A DNA stretch of 64,000 bases from the NCBI GenBank assembly GCA_026416895.1, contig JAOAEH010000029.1, forward strand, positions 228 to 64,227, read 5' to 3'. This DNA is from Elusimicrobiales bacterium (GTDB lineage Bacteria > Elusimicrobiota > Elusimicrobia > Elusimicrobiales > UBA9959). Shown here piece by piece: positions 38,761-46,677 of this stretch. The notes under the pieces are model-generated. The model ran no database searches. It saw only the letters and a list, made by a program, of their open reading frames with translations, and was not told where the DNA came from. A program made the translations under genes and the position numbers. The stretch's first letter is position 1, and every line of letters starts with the position of its first letter.

Positions 38761-40210
38761 TCACAACCTCTCTGTTTTTAGGTTGATTCAAATATTCTTT
38801 TAAAACTTCACTTACAACCTCAGGATTTTTAGAAGCTTTCTCTATAAATTCTTTTTTAAGATCAATTTTTTGTGTTTGCTGTAATTGATTTTTTTCTTCT
38901 ACTAGTGGTGATGTATTATTTTTTGTAGTTAAGAATGGTTGAGTGACTGTTTCTTTTTCTTGAGATTTAGACAAAAATTTTACTGCTAAAAAAACAAAAA
39001 AACCAAAAATTAACCACCCTAATGAAATTATTGAATATTTTATAATTTCTCTTATAGTTTTTTGTTTTTCTATATCTTTTTGAAATTTTAAATATTCTTC
39101 ATCAGAAATATTATCTTTTTTGTTATCTTCTTCTATAAAAGGCACCATTTTAACACTTATAGTATCACCTCTTTTTAAATCAATCCCTGCTGCTGTTGAT
39201 GCTATTTCTCTTATATTTTCCAAATCTGTTACTACTTTTGTGCTTACTACTACTGATAATGATATTTTCTTTATTGTTCCACTTTTTTTTATGTACTTCT
39301 CTATAGTTTTATCCATTTCATATTTCGTATCTGAAGATGTTTTTTTAGTTTTTGTATCTTGAGAGCTTATTTCTTCTGAGATATTTTGAGAACTCCTTAT
39401 TACTGGGTTTGGATTATATATTTCTTTTATAGTTTCTAAAACATCTAAATCTAAAACTACATCTGCTGTAACTACAAAATTATTACTTCCTGCTATCTTT
39501 TCTAAAGCAATTTTTACCTTTTCTTCTATATTTTTCTCTATACTTTTTTTAATATCAGAATTAAATTCAGTATTGTCTTCTCCATTTGATTTTATCAATC
39601 TCCCATTTCCATCAGTAATAGATATGTTTTGAGGATTAAGACCTTCTACTGCACCAGCAACAAGATTTACTATTCCTTTAATTTGAGATTCTGACAAATT
39701 AAAACCATTTGATAAATGTATTATTATTGAAGCAGAAGCAGCTTTTGTTTTTGTTGTAAATATATCTGGTTCTGGGAGAGCTATATGTACCTTGGCAAAT
39801 TTAATACCATTTATCGAAGAAATAGTTCTAGAAAGTTCACCTTCTAAAGCTCTTCTATAGTTTATTCTTTCAACAAACCCAGATAATCCTAATTTTGTTT
39901 TATCAAAAAGTTCAAAACCAGTCTCGGATTTTGATGGTAATCCTTGCGAAGCTAACATTAACCTTGTTTCTAAAACTTTTGAAGAATCTACTAATATTGT
40001 TTTTCCATTATTTCTAAGCTCATACTTTATTGACATTTCTTTTAGTTTTTCTACAATTTTGGCAGCATCTTCTTCGCTTAAATTATAATATAGAGGTTCC
40101 ATTTGAGAAAAAGATAAAATATAAAATCCTGCTGTAAGTGCTATAGTAATAAATATTGTTATCACAAATATGGACAATATTTTTTTATTTTTAAATATAT
40201 CGATATTCAT
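38750..40210 (-). CDS. fliF: Flagellar MS-ring protein FliF
   Basis: N-terminal TM, LMLASQGLPS, ERINYRRALEGELSRTI, VHIALPE. 486 aa. Confidence 0.93.
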   Translation of the reverse strand: MNIDIFKNKKILSIFVITIFITIALTAGFYILSFSQMEPLYYNLSEEDAAKIVEKLKEMSIKYELRNNGKTILVDSSKVLETRLMLASQGLPSKSETGFELFDKTKLGLSGFVERINYRRALEGELSRTISSINGIKFAKVHIALPEPDIFTTKTKAASASIIIHLSNGFNLSESQIKGIVNLVAGAVEGLNPQNISITDGNGRLIKSNGEDNTEFNSDIKKSIEKNIEEKVKIALEKIAGSNNFVVTADVVLDLDVLETIKEIYNPNPVIRSSQNISEEISSQDTKTKKTSSDTKYEMDKTIEKYIKKSGTIKKISLSVVVSTKVVTDLENIREIASTAAGIDLKRGDTISVKMVPFIEEDNKKDNISDEEYLKFQKDIEKQKTIREIIKYSIISLGWLIFGFFVFLAVKFLSKSQEKETVTQPFLTTKNNTSPLVEEKNQLQQTQKIDLKKEFIEKASKNPEVVSEVLKEYLNQPKNREVVNAS

Positions 40211-40498
40211 TTATCCAACCGTTCTTGTTAATTCATTATAAGATTCAATTATTTTATTTCTAATTTCCGACAAAAGCGTAACTGATAATTTTGCTTGTTC
40301 TAAGGATATAATTATATTGTGAATAGGTACATCTTTGCCATTAACATAATCAGTTATTAATTTATCAGAATAATCAATCTTATCTTGTATTTCATCCAAA
40401 ACTTTTGAAAATTCTATATTATCTTTTTTACTAACTTGATTATAATTAGCTAAATCATTTTTGTTGAAATCAATCTCCAAGTATTTTTTAATCTCCAT
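40211..40498 (-). CDS. fliE: Flagellar hook-basal body complex protein FliE
   Basis: 95 aa with IHNIIISLEQAKLSVTLLSEIRNKIIESYNELTR, located between flgC and fliF. Confidence 0.85.
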   Translation of the reverse strand: MEIKKYLEIDFNKNDLANYNQVSKKDNIEFSKVLDEIQDKIDYSDKLITDYVNGKDVPIHNIIISLEQAKLSVTLLSEIRNKIIESYNELTRTVG

Positions 40499-40500
40499 AA

Positions 40501-40887
40501 TTACCTTCCTATATTTAAAGCATTTGCATTCATAGACCTTGTAGCTTCAATAACCGCTAAATTTGCTTCATAATATCTTGATATCTCTATCAAATTAATC
40601 ATATCTTCAACAGGATTTATTATAGGTTCTTTTACAAATCCATTTTCATCTGCTTGAGGATTTTGGGGGTCAAATCTTAATACATATTCAGTATCCTTTT
40701 CTTTTACAGAAACAATTTCAGGATATGAAATTTTATTTAATACATCGTCAAAGCTATCCCTTTTAGATAAAATAACCTCTTTTCTTTTGTAATTTGGATT
40801 TTCTGAGTTAGCTATATTTTCTGCTAATACATTTAGCTTATGTCTTGCTACTTCGAGAGCTTTCATACTTATATCTAAAGAATTCAT
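40501..40887 (-). CDS. flgC: Flagellar basal-body rod protein FlgC
   Basis: LNVLAENIANSENPNYKRKEV...NPVEDMINLIEISRYYEANLAVIEATRSM. Confidence 0.92.
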   Translation of the reverse strand: MNSLDISMKALEVARHKLNVLAENIANSENPNYKRKEVILSKRDSFDDVLNKISYPEIVSVKEKDTEYVLRFDPQNPQADENGFVKEPIINPVEDMINLIEISRYYEANLAVIEATRSMNANALNIGR

Positions 40888-40888
40888 A

Positions 40889-41140
40889 TTACCTCCCCTT
40901 TATTGAGGTTTCATATATTTTGCTTCTTATGCTTATAAGTCTTGTTGCAGCGTTATACTTAGATGAATTTTTAATTAACTCAGCCATATAGGTTTCAAGA
41001 GTTTTATTTTCATTCACATTAATATCTTGCTTTTGAGATTTTTCTATTAAATTTGCAATATTAGAAGATATTTCTTTTTGCTTTTGATAATTAGTATTAA
41101 GAAGCTTAGTAAGAAGCAAATCTGTTTTCCCTATAATCAT
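40889..41140 (-). CDS. flgB: Flagellar basal-body rod protein FlgB (very short form)
   Basis: ...QKQKEISSNIANL... and the C-terminal LETYMAELIKNSSKYNAATRLISIRSKIY. ATG 41140 is preferred over TTG 41158 (1 nt after the upstream stop). Confidence 0.7.
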   Translation of the reverse strand: MIIGKTDLLLTKLLNTNYQKQKEISSNIANLIEKSQKQDINVNENKTLETYMAELIKNSSKYNAATRLISIRSKIYETSIKGR

Positions 41141-41141
41141 A

Positions 41142-41396
41142 CTAACATACCATTGCAAAGTTTAGATTTCCATTCCCTGATAAGTTCTGAGAATCTTTTT
41201 TAACTATTGCTGATATAAAAAAATTTCTTTTTAAATTATTGTTTTTTTCAGATAGTTGTATTTTTATTTTATCTCCTTTTTTAAAAGCTAAATCAGAAAT
41301 AAAAGTTATTTCATTTAAATTAATATTAGTTACACAACATCCACAAGCATAATCTTCATTAATTACCACACCTGTCATATTTTTGTATTTTTTCAT
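41142..41396 (-). CDS. Small hypothetical protein, first gene of the flgB operon (possible degenerate PilZ-like beta-barrel)
   Basis: 84 aa with strong SD AAAGGAGG. The GVVINEDYACGCCVTNINLNEITFISDLAFKKGDKIKIQL pattern is loosely PilZ-like but has no RxxxR motif. Confidence 0.35.
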   Translation of the reverse strand: MKKYKNMTGVVINEDYACGCCVTNINLNEITFISDLAFKKGDKIKIQLSEKNNNLKRNFFISAIVKKDSQNLSGNGNLNFAMVC

Positions 41397-41410
41397 TTTT
41401 TGCCTCCTTT

Positions 41411-41428
41411 ACTAATTTTACTAATTTT
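41411..41428 (-). repeat. Tandem 9-bp direct repeat in the flgB-operon leader
   Basis: Plus strand has actaatttt twice (41411-41419, 41420-41428). On the mRNA this reads AAAATTAGT AAAATTAGT immediately 5' of the SD AAAGGAGG. Confidence 0.6.
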
Positions 41429-41441
41429 TATTTATATAAAA

Positions 41442-41470
41442 ATTTTACTTATTTTAATAATTAATGTCAA
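41442..41470 (-). promoter_or_regulatory. Sigma-70-type promoter of the flgB...fliA operon
   Basis: Minus strand reads TTGACA (41470-41465), a 17-nt spacer ttaattattaaaataag, then TAAAAT (41447-41442). Confidence 0.6.
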
Positions 41471-41547
41471 GTTTTTCTAAAATTTAAATCAATTTATTAT
41501 AAATTCTATTATTAACATCTTTTAGGAAATTTAGAAATGATAACAGA

Positions 41548-43065
41548 CTATTCTAAAAGGATTGCTCTTACAAGTTCTTCAATAGTGAAAGGTTTTTTTA
41601 TACACATTAAATTATTTTTTTCAAAGAAAGAAAAAAGATTAGTATCCAATATATCAGCGGTAACAAAAATAAATTTAGTTTTATTTTTATACTTTAAATA
41701 CAAATCTATACCATTACCATCTGGTAAAACAACATCACAGATAACTAAATCATAAGATTGAATATTATAATTTTCTATTTCCACAATTCTTTTTGTTATA
41801 TCAACTTTGTTCTCTTTTGAAAAAAATTTTAATAAAAACTCTGTAAAATTCTCATCATCATCAACAATTAATATATTTTTATTTCTAATTTTTGATTCTA
41901 TTTTTTTATTAATATTGGTAGTTACTTTAGTTATGACATCTTGAGTAGTTGGTAAAGAAATTATAAAACGTGCTCCTTTTTTTTCTTGCTTGTCAACCAT
42001 AATCTCCCCATCATGCTCTTTAATTATTTTTTTTGCTATATATAAACCCAAACCCGTTCCACCATTCTTTTTTGTTGAAAAAAATGGTTCAAATATCTTG
42101 TCTACAATCTGAGGTTCTATAACCCTTCCAGTATTAAATATTTCAATAATAATATTCTTTTTATTAGAATAACATTTAATTTCTAAATATCTGTCTTTAG
42201 GTGGTATTTGTATAAGTTCATCTATAGAATTTATTATTATATTGTAAAAAACTTGTTGTAATTCACTAAAGTAACCTAACACTGTAAGATTTTCTCCTTG
42301 AAAACTTATGTTTATTTTTTCTATATTATTTTTTCTAAAGTGATAGTTAAGGAATAATAAAACACTTTCTATTAACTCTTTTATTTCTATATATTCTTTT
42401 TCCATATTTTTCTTTCTAACAAATTTAAGCAAATTTTCAGTTATATTTTTACACTGTTGAGCTGCTTTAGTTACTATTTTAAGATCTTGTCTAATATCAT
42501 CTTCTAGCGTCTCATCTTCTATCAAAATATTTGCAATTCCATATATACTTGCTAAAGGATTATTTAAATCATGAGCAATTCCGGATATGAGTTTGCCCAA
42601 AACATCTAACCTTTGATAATGAATTAAATCCTTTTCTTTTGACATTATAAGTTTTTTCTGTTCCTCTATTTTTGATATATCTTCAATCACTAATATATTG
42701 ATTTTGTCACCATTTAAATGATAAGGTATTAAGGTATATTTGCAATGTATTTCAACTCTATTAGATCTAACATTTCTAAAAACAACAGAATTTGTAAAAA
42801 AAGATTTTGCAGATGTTTCAAGAAATTTCTTAAACTCTTTATATGAAAATATATCACCAAATATAATTTTAAATCCACTCTTTATAACATCATTTCTTTC
42901 AAATCCAAAAACTTCATTAAAAGAATCATAATCTATATAAATAATATCCAGATCATCATCTAATATTACTAAGACTTTGTTTAATGAGCCAATCACAACT
43001 TTGGCTAAATCAAATTTTTCATCAATAAACCTTTTCTCTAAAAATGCTTTATTCTTTTTATTCAT
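41548..43065 (-). CDS. Hybrid sensor histidine kinase (PAS, HisKA, HATPase_c, receiver)
   Basis: LDVLGKLISGIAHDLNNPL, YNIIINSIDEL, GGTGLGL, then REC (ILIVDDDENF...LVICDVVLPDGNG...IKKPF). Confidence 0.9.
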   Translation of the reverse strand: MNKKNKAFLEKRFIDEKFDLAKVVIGSLNKVLVILDDDLDIIYIDYDSFNEVFGFERNDVIKSGFKIIFGDIFSYKEFKKFLETSAKSFFTNSVVFRNVRSNRVEIHCKYTLIPYHLNGDKINILVIEDISKIEEQKKLIMSKEKDLIHYQRLDVLGKLISGIAHDLNNPLASIYGIANILIEDETLEDDIRQDLKIVTKAAQQCKNITENLLKFVRKKNMEKEYIEIKELIESVLLFLNYHFRKNNIEKINISFQGENLTVLGYFSELQQVFYNIIINSIDELIQIPPKDRYLEIKCYSNKKNIIIEIFNTGRVIEPQIVDKIFEPFFSTKKNGGTGLGLYIAKKIIKEHDGEIMVDKQEKKGARFIISLPTTQDVITKVTTNINKKIESKIRNKNILIVDDDENFTEFLLKFFSKENKVDITKRIVEIENYNIQSYDLVICDVVLPDGNGIDLYLKYKNKTKFIFVTADILDTNLFSFFEKNNLMCIKKPFTIEELVRAILLE

Positions 43066-43071
43066 AATAAA

Positions 43072-43102
43072 AAACCTTTATATCAGAAGGTTTACCTCTG
43101 AT
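43072..43102 (-). promoter_or_regulatory. Two mutually exclusive hairpins in the kinase leader, one sequestering the SD
   Basis: Read as mRNA, hairpin B is atcagagg-taaa-cc(t)tctgat (43102-43082) and hairpin A is aaacctt-ctgatata-aaggttt (43093-43072). The 3' arm of A contains the only SD-like AAGG, 9-12 nt before ATG 43065. Confidence 0.3.
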
Positions 43103-43111
43103 CATATTTAT

Positions 43112-43139
43112 ATATTATCAGAAAAATTTATTTTTTCAA
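43112..43139 (-). promoter_or_regulatory. Candidate sigma-70-type promoter for the 505-aa hybrid kinase
   Basis: Minus strand reads TTGAAA (43139-43134), a 16-nt spacer, then TAATAT (43117-43112). The AT-rich context makes false positives likely. Confidence 0.3.
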
Positions 43140-43156
43140 GTCCCTTTTAATTATTA

Positions 43157-43723
43157 TTACTTAAACAAATTACAAACAAATTCGATTATCTTATTAAATT
43201 CGACAGGTTTTCTAAAATATCCATCTATTAATCTTTTAATCTCTTTTATATCCTCGCCATCTGCTTCCCCAGTAATTACTATAAACCTTATTGATGATAA
43301 ATTTTTATCTTCTTTAACTTTTTTTATAAGAGTAATACCATCTATTTTTGGCATTACTATATCTATCAACATTAAATCTGGTTTATTATTACCTAAAGCT
43401 ATCAAAGCACTGTAACCATCTTCATAATCGTAAATCTCAAATATATTATTTTTTTTAGAAAAAGCTTTAACCAAAGATTTTCTAAACACCTCATCATCAT
43501 CAACTATAAATATTTTTTTCTTTTCAGCAACTAATTCTTGAGGAATTGGGAAATTATATTCTTTTAAAAAATCTAATAAATCTTGCTTAGTTACTCTGTG
43601 ATGTCCTCCAGGAGTAACATAAGACTTAAGTTTTCCTTGATTAATCCAATTAATTACTGTTGAAGGATATACTCCACATATTTTACTTATTTCAAAAGTA
43701 GAAAAACCTTTCTTTTTAAACAT
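43157..43723 (-). CDS. Response regulator with N-terminal excisionase/MerR-type HTH and C-terminal receiver
   Basis: FSTFEISKICGVYPSTVINWINQGKLKSYVTPGGHHRV (HTH_17-like), then REC (KIFIVDDDEVFRK...LMLIDIVMPKIDG...VITGE...FRKPV). Confidence 0.8.
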   Translation of the reverse strand: MFKKKGFSTFEISKICGVYPSTVINWINQGKLKSYVTPGGHHRVTKQDLLDFLKEYNFPIPQELVAEKKKIFIVDDDEVFRKSLVKAFSKKNNIFEIYDYEDGYSALIALGNNKPDLMLIDIVMPKIDGITLIKKVKEDKNLSSIRFIVITGEADGEDIKEIKRLIDGYFRKPVEFNKIIEFVCNLFK

Positions 43724-43731
43724 ATATTTAA

Positions 43732-44256
43732 TTATACATTATTGTCTTTAAAGATAAAAATAACTAATTTTGAAATAATTATTGAGTTTATTTCAAATTC
43801 TACCACACTTTTTCTTAAATACAACAAATCACCTTCTAATAACTCATATGTTTTCCTTAAAGCTTTAAAAAAAATTTTTCCATATATTACATAACAAATA
43901 AAAGAATAATTTAAAGTTTTCTTTAGTAAAATCTTTTTGTTTTCATTTTCATTCAAAGTAATTTTATAAAAATATATAGGTATACCATCTGAAGGAGATA
44001 ATAATTCATTTATAAACTCCCCATTATTAGACTTTTTCACTAAAAGCTCATTTGGTCTTTCCTCCTCTAAAAAATATGAAGGTTTAACACCAAATATTTC
44101 AGAAAGAGACAAAATAGTAGATATTGAAGGCATTATAATATTTCTCTCTAATTGTGAAATCATACTTACAGAAAGTCCAGTCGCTTTTGCTAAATCTGAC
44201 AATTTCATTCCATTTTTCTGTCTCAAGTTTTTTATTTTTATACCTATATTTAACAT
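43732..44256 (-). CDS. XRE-family HTH transcriptional regulator with C-terminal cupin-like domain
   Basis: IGIKIKNLRQKNGMKLSDLAKATGLSVSMISQLERN followed by a beta-rich C-half. Confidence 0.75.
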   Translation of the reverse strand: MLNIGIKIKNLRQKNGMKLSDLAKATGLSVSMISQLERNIIMPSISTILSLSEIFGVKPSYFLEEERPNELLVKKSNNGEFINELLSPSDGIPIYFYKITLNENENKKILLKKTLNYSFICYVIYGKIFFKALRKTYELLEGDLLYLRKSVVEFEINSIIISKLVIFIFKDNNV

Positions 44257-44285
44257 ATTCCAATATTATTCTACTAATAAATTTA

Positions 44286-45278
44286 TTAAAAACAAAGTAA
44301 ATCCCTTTCATCTACTATTCCCAACAATTTATTATTTTCATCTACTACAGGTATATTGTCAAAACCGAATTTTTGCATTTTCATTATTATATCTTCAACT
44401 TTCATAAATTTTTTTGCTGTAATTGGGTGAAATGTCATTAACTTATTAATCGGCATTTTCAAATCAATATCATTCTGAAATAGGGTTCTTCTTAAATCTC
44501 CGTCTGTAAAAAAACCTTTTAGAATTAATTCTTTATCTACTATACAAACAGCACCTATTTTAAAAGATGTCATCTTTTCTATTGCCTCTGCTAAATTAGA
44601 ATCTTCATATATAAAAGGGGTTTCAGATAGAGGCCTCATTATTTCTTCTATATTTTTATTTTTAAAACCAAGGAAACCTATAGGATGATTATAAGAAAAA
44701 TCTTTTGGAGTTATACCTTTTATTTTTGCTACAGAAAACCCTATAATATCTCCCAAACAAATCATTGCAACAACTGAAGAAGATGGAGCAAGTCCCATAA
44801 AACATGCTTCTTTTACATACTTTACTTCCAATGGTATCGTTGAGTTCTTAAATATGAATGAATTACTATCTGATGTAATAGATATCACTAGGATTTCTCT
44901 TTTATTTGCCTCTATTAAAAGCTCAACAAGTTCTTTTGTTTTCCCTGAATAAGAAAAAAGGAATAATATATCATCTTTAGATAAAGAACCTATATCTCCA
45001 TGAAAAGCATCAAGAGGGTCCAAAAAAAATGATGGAATTGATAATGATGAGAATGTAGCAGATACTTTCAAAGCTACATATCTTGATTTTCCTACCCCAC
45101 TAAATACTATCTTACCTTTAGCATTAGCAATCAACAAAACTGCTTTGATGAAATTTTCATTTATTGCTTTGTGTTGCAAAAATATAGCATTTGCTTCGCT
45201 GTCTATTACCTGTGCAGCTATATTTATAATTTCATTTCTTGTTATTGAATAAATTTGCTTATTTTTTTCATTTTCCAT
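44286..45278 (-). CDS. kpsF: KpsF/GutQ-family sugar-phosphate isomerase (SIS + tandem CBS), arabinose-5-phosphate isomerase-like
   Basis: SIS motifs VFSGVGKSRYVALKVSATFSSLSIPSFFLDPLDAFHGDIG and FSYSGKTKE. CBS pair with GFFTDGDLRR. Confidence 0.7.
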   Translation of the reverse strand: MENEKNKQIYSITRNEIINIAAQVIDSEANAIFLQHKAINENFIKAVLLIANAKGKIVFSGVGKSRYVALKVSATFSSLSIPSFFLDPLDAFHGDIGSLSKDDILFLFSYSGKTKELVELLIEANKREILVISITSDSNSFIFKNSTIPLEVKYVKEACFMGLAPSSSVVAMICLGDIIGFSVAKIKGITPKDFSYNHPIGFLGFKNKNIEEIMRPLSETPFIYEDSNLAEAIEKMTSFKIGAVCIVDKELILKGFFTDGDLRRTLFQNDIDLKMPINKLMTFHPITAKKFMKVEDIIMKMQKFGFDNIPVVDENNKLLGIVDERDLLCF

Positions 45279-45565
45279 ATTTCGCTACATATTAATTTTT
45301 TTGAATTTAACACAATATCTAAATTATTCTTATTTTTTTCTATTATATTTTTAAGTAAGTAAATTATTTTTTCTTTATCTTCCCTATCAAAATATTTATC
45401 TTCAAAAAAATCAGCTAAAATATTTATATATTTATTTTTTAATCTTTCTATCCTTAAAATTGAATATAAATGCTTTTCTTCTATTGCCATCTTTTCAAGA
45501 CTTAATATTCTTTCCAAATCAGTTAAAAAATCTATTATCGTTTTTTTATAGGCTAATTTAAACAT
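45242..45565 (-). CDS. Hypothetical helical protein (107 aa)
   Basis: ORF in operon orientation overlapping both neighbours. All-helical heptad-like composition. No assignable motif. Confidence 0.35.
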   Translation of the reverse strand: MFKLAYKKTIIDFLTDLERILSLEKMAIEEKHLYSILRIERLKNKYINILADFFEDKYFDREDKEKIIYLLKNIIEKNKNNLDIVLNSKKLICSEIWKMKKISKFIQ

Positions 45566-46674
45566 ATATTTATTATCTCTTTTACTCTATTAACATAAGT
45601 ATTTCTTACATTTTTTTCTAATATTTTTTTTTGTGCATCTTCTCTTAATTTTGAATTATTTATCCAGTATCTTATCTTAAAAATTAGCTCGTCAGCATTA
45701 GAAAAAGAATCAATCTCTCTGCCTTTTTCAAAAAAACTGAAACATCCTCTTCTCTCTTCATTTACTATAGAAAAAGCTCCACATGCAGAAGATTCAAATA
45801 ATCTTGGATTTGGAGAAATACCTTCAACACGATTCACATTACTACCTAAACTGCTAGAAGAATATGACATTCTATGATGATTTAAAACAATTTTAGCATT
45901 ACTGTAATATTTTGAAGCAATATTAGGAGGGACAAATTTATGTTCAACTAATTTTCTAAGCGAACTATCTTTATTAAATTCCCAATTTCCTACTATCCTT
46001 ATTTTTAAATCTTTAATATAAGGATAAATTTTTTCTAACACATTAACTCTTTCAGGGAAAGCACTTCCAATTATACATATATCACTTTCATATCTATCAT
46101 CTTTTTGAGGATAAAATATTTCGTCATCATAACCAGGAGGTAAATAATATACTTTATTATTTTTCCTTAAATGTATAGGTACTGCATTTTTTTCTATTGT
46201 AAAAACGTAATCATAATAATGTGAATACTTTTTTGACTGATCTATCTCATGAGGATCATCTAATAACCAAACAGCAGTTTTTATTCCATTAAATTTTAAT
46301 TTCTTTATGAATAATATAGGAATATTAGCTCCATGAATAAAAAGTACTAGTTTTAGTTTATTTTGATTTATTTTAGAAAAAATATTTTCAAAAATATGAT
46401 ATGTAGTATATTTTCGATTGAACTTTACATAAAGGAATTTTTCCGATAATTTTTTTTCCTCTTCAAATTTTTCAGCATCATCTATTGGTTTAAAACTTAA
46501 TATCTCTATGCCATTCCTTATGAAAGCATTCTCAACTGATTTTGCTATATCCCAACTAGACCATCTTATAAGAGGATATATCTTAGATAATGCAAAATCT
46601 TCTGATTCAAAACATAATTTTGAGTCAACATTAACATTCCATAAATAAAACGGATATATCAAACCTATTTTCAT
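45553..46674 (-). CDS. CgeB-like / DUF3880-type glycosyltransferase
   Basis: C-terminal pattern SPNPRLFESSACGAFSIVNEERRG...FSNADELIFKIRYWINNSKLREDAQKKILEKNVRNTYVNRV, typical of CgeB-family GT1-like proteins found in flagellin-glycosylation loci. Confidence 0.6.
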   Translation of the reverse strand: MKIGLIYPFYLWNVNVDSKLCFESEDFALSKIYPLIRWSSWDIAKSVENAFIRNGIEILSFKPIDDAEKFEEEKKLSEKFLYVKFNRKYTTYHIFENIFSKINQNKLKLVLFIHGANIPILFIKKLKFNGIKTAVWLLDDPHEIDQSKKYSHYYDYVFTIEKNAVPIHLRKNNKVYYLPPGYDDEIFYPQKDDRYESDICIIGSAFPERVNVLEKIYPYIKDLKIRIVGNWEFNKDSSLRKLVEHKFVPPNIASKYYSNAKIVLNHHRMSYSSSSLGSNVNRVEGISPNPRLFESSACGAFSIVNEERRGCFSFFEKGREIDSFSNADELIFKIRYWINNSKLREDAQKKILEKNVRNTYVNRVKEIINICLN

Positions 46675-46677
46675 AGT

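Noticed and set aside
41411-41428. The tandem 9-bp repeat as a repeat array or protein-binding iteron.
   Set aside because: There are only two copies in an AT-rich leader. It is recorded as a feature, but any function is unsupported.
44099-44311. 70-aa same-strand ORF overlapping the XRE regulator start and the kpsF end.
   Set aside because: It is out of frame with, and largely inside, the XRE-cupin gene whose HTH motif is clear. No SD and no motif.
14677-46420. Other TAAAGTT occurrences as additional sigma-28 promoters: inside motB, cheB, cheA, the MCP, cheX, the 157-aa ORF, fliH and the CgeB-like GT in this span, plus one in the REC-GGDEF gene near 63327.
   Set aside because: All are inside coding sequence, and none has a CGGATA/GATA -10 element 15 nt downstream.
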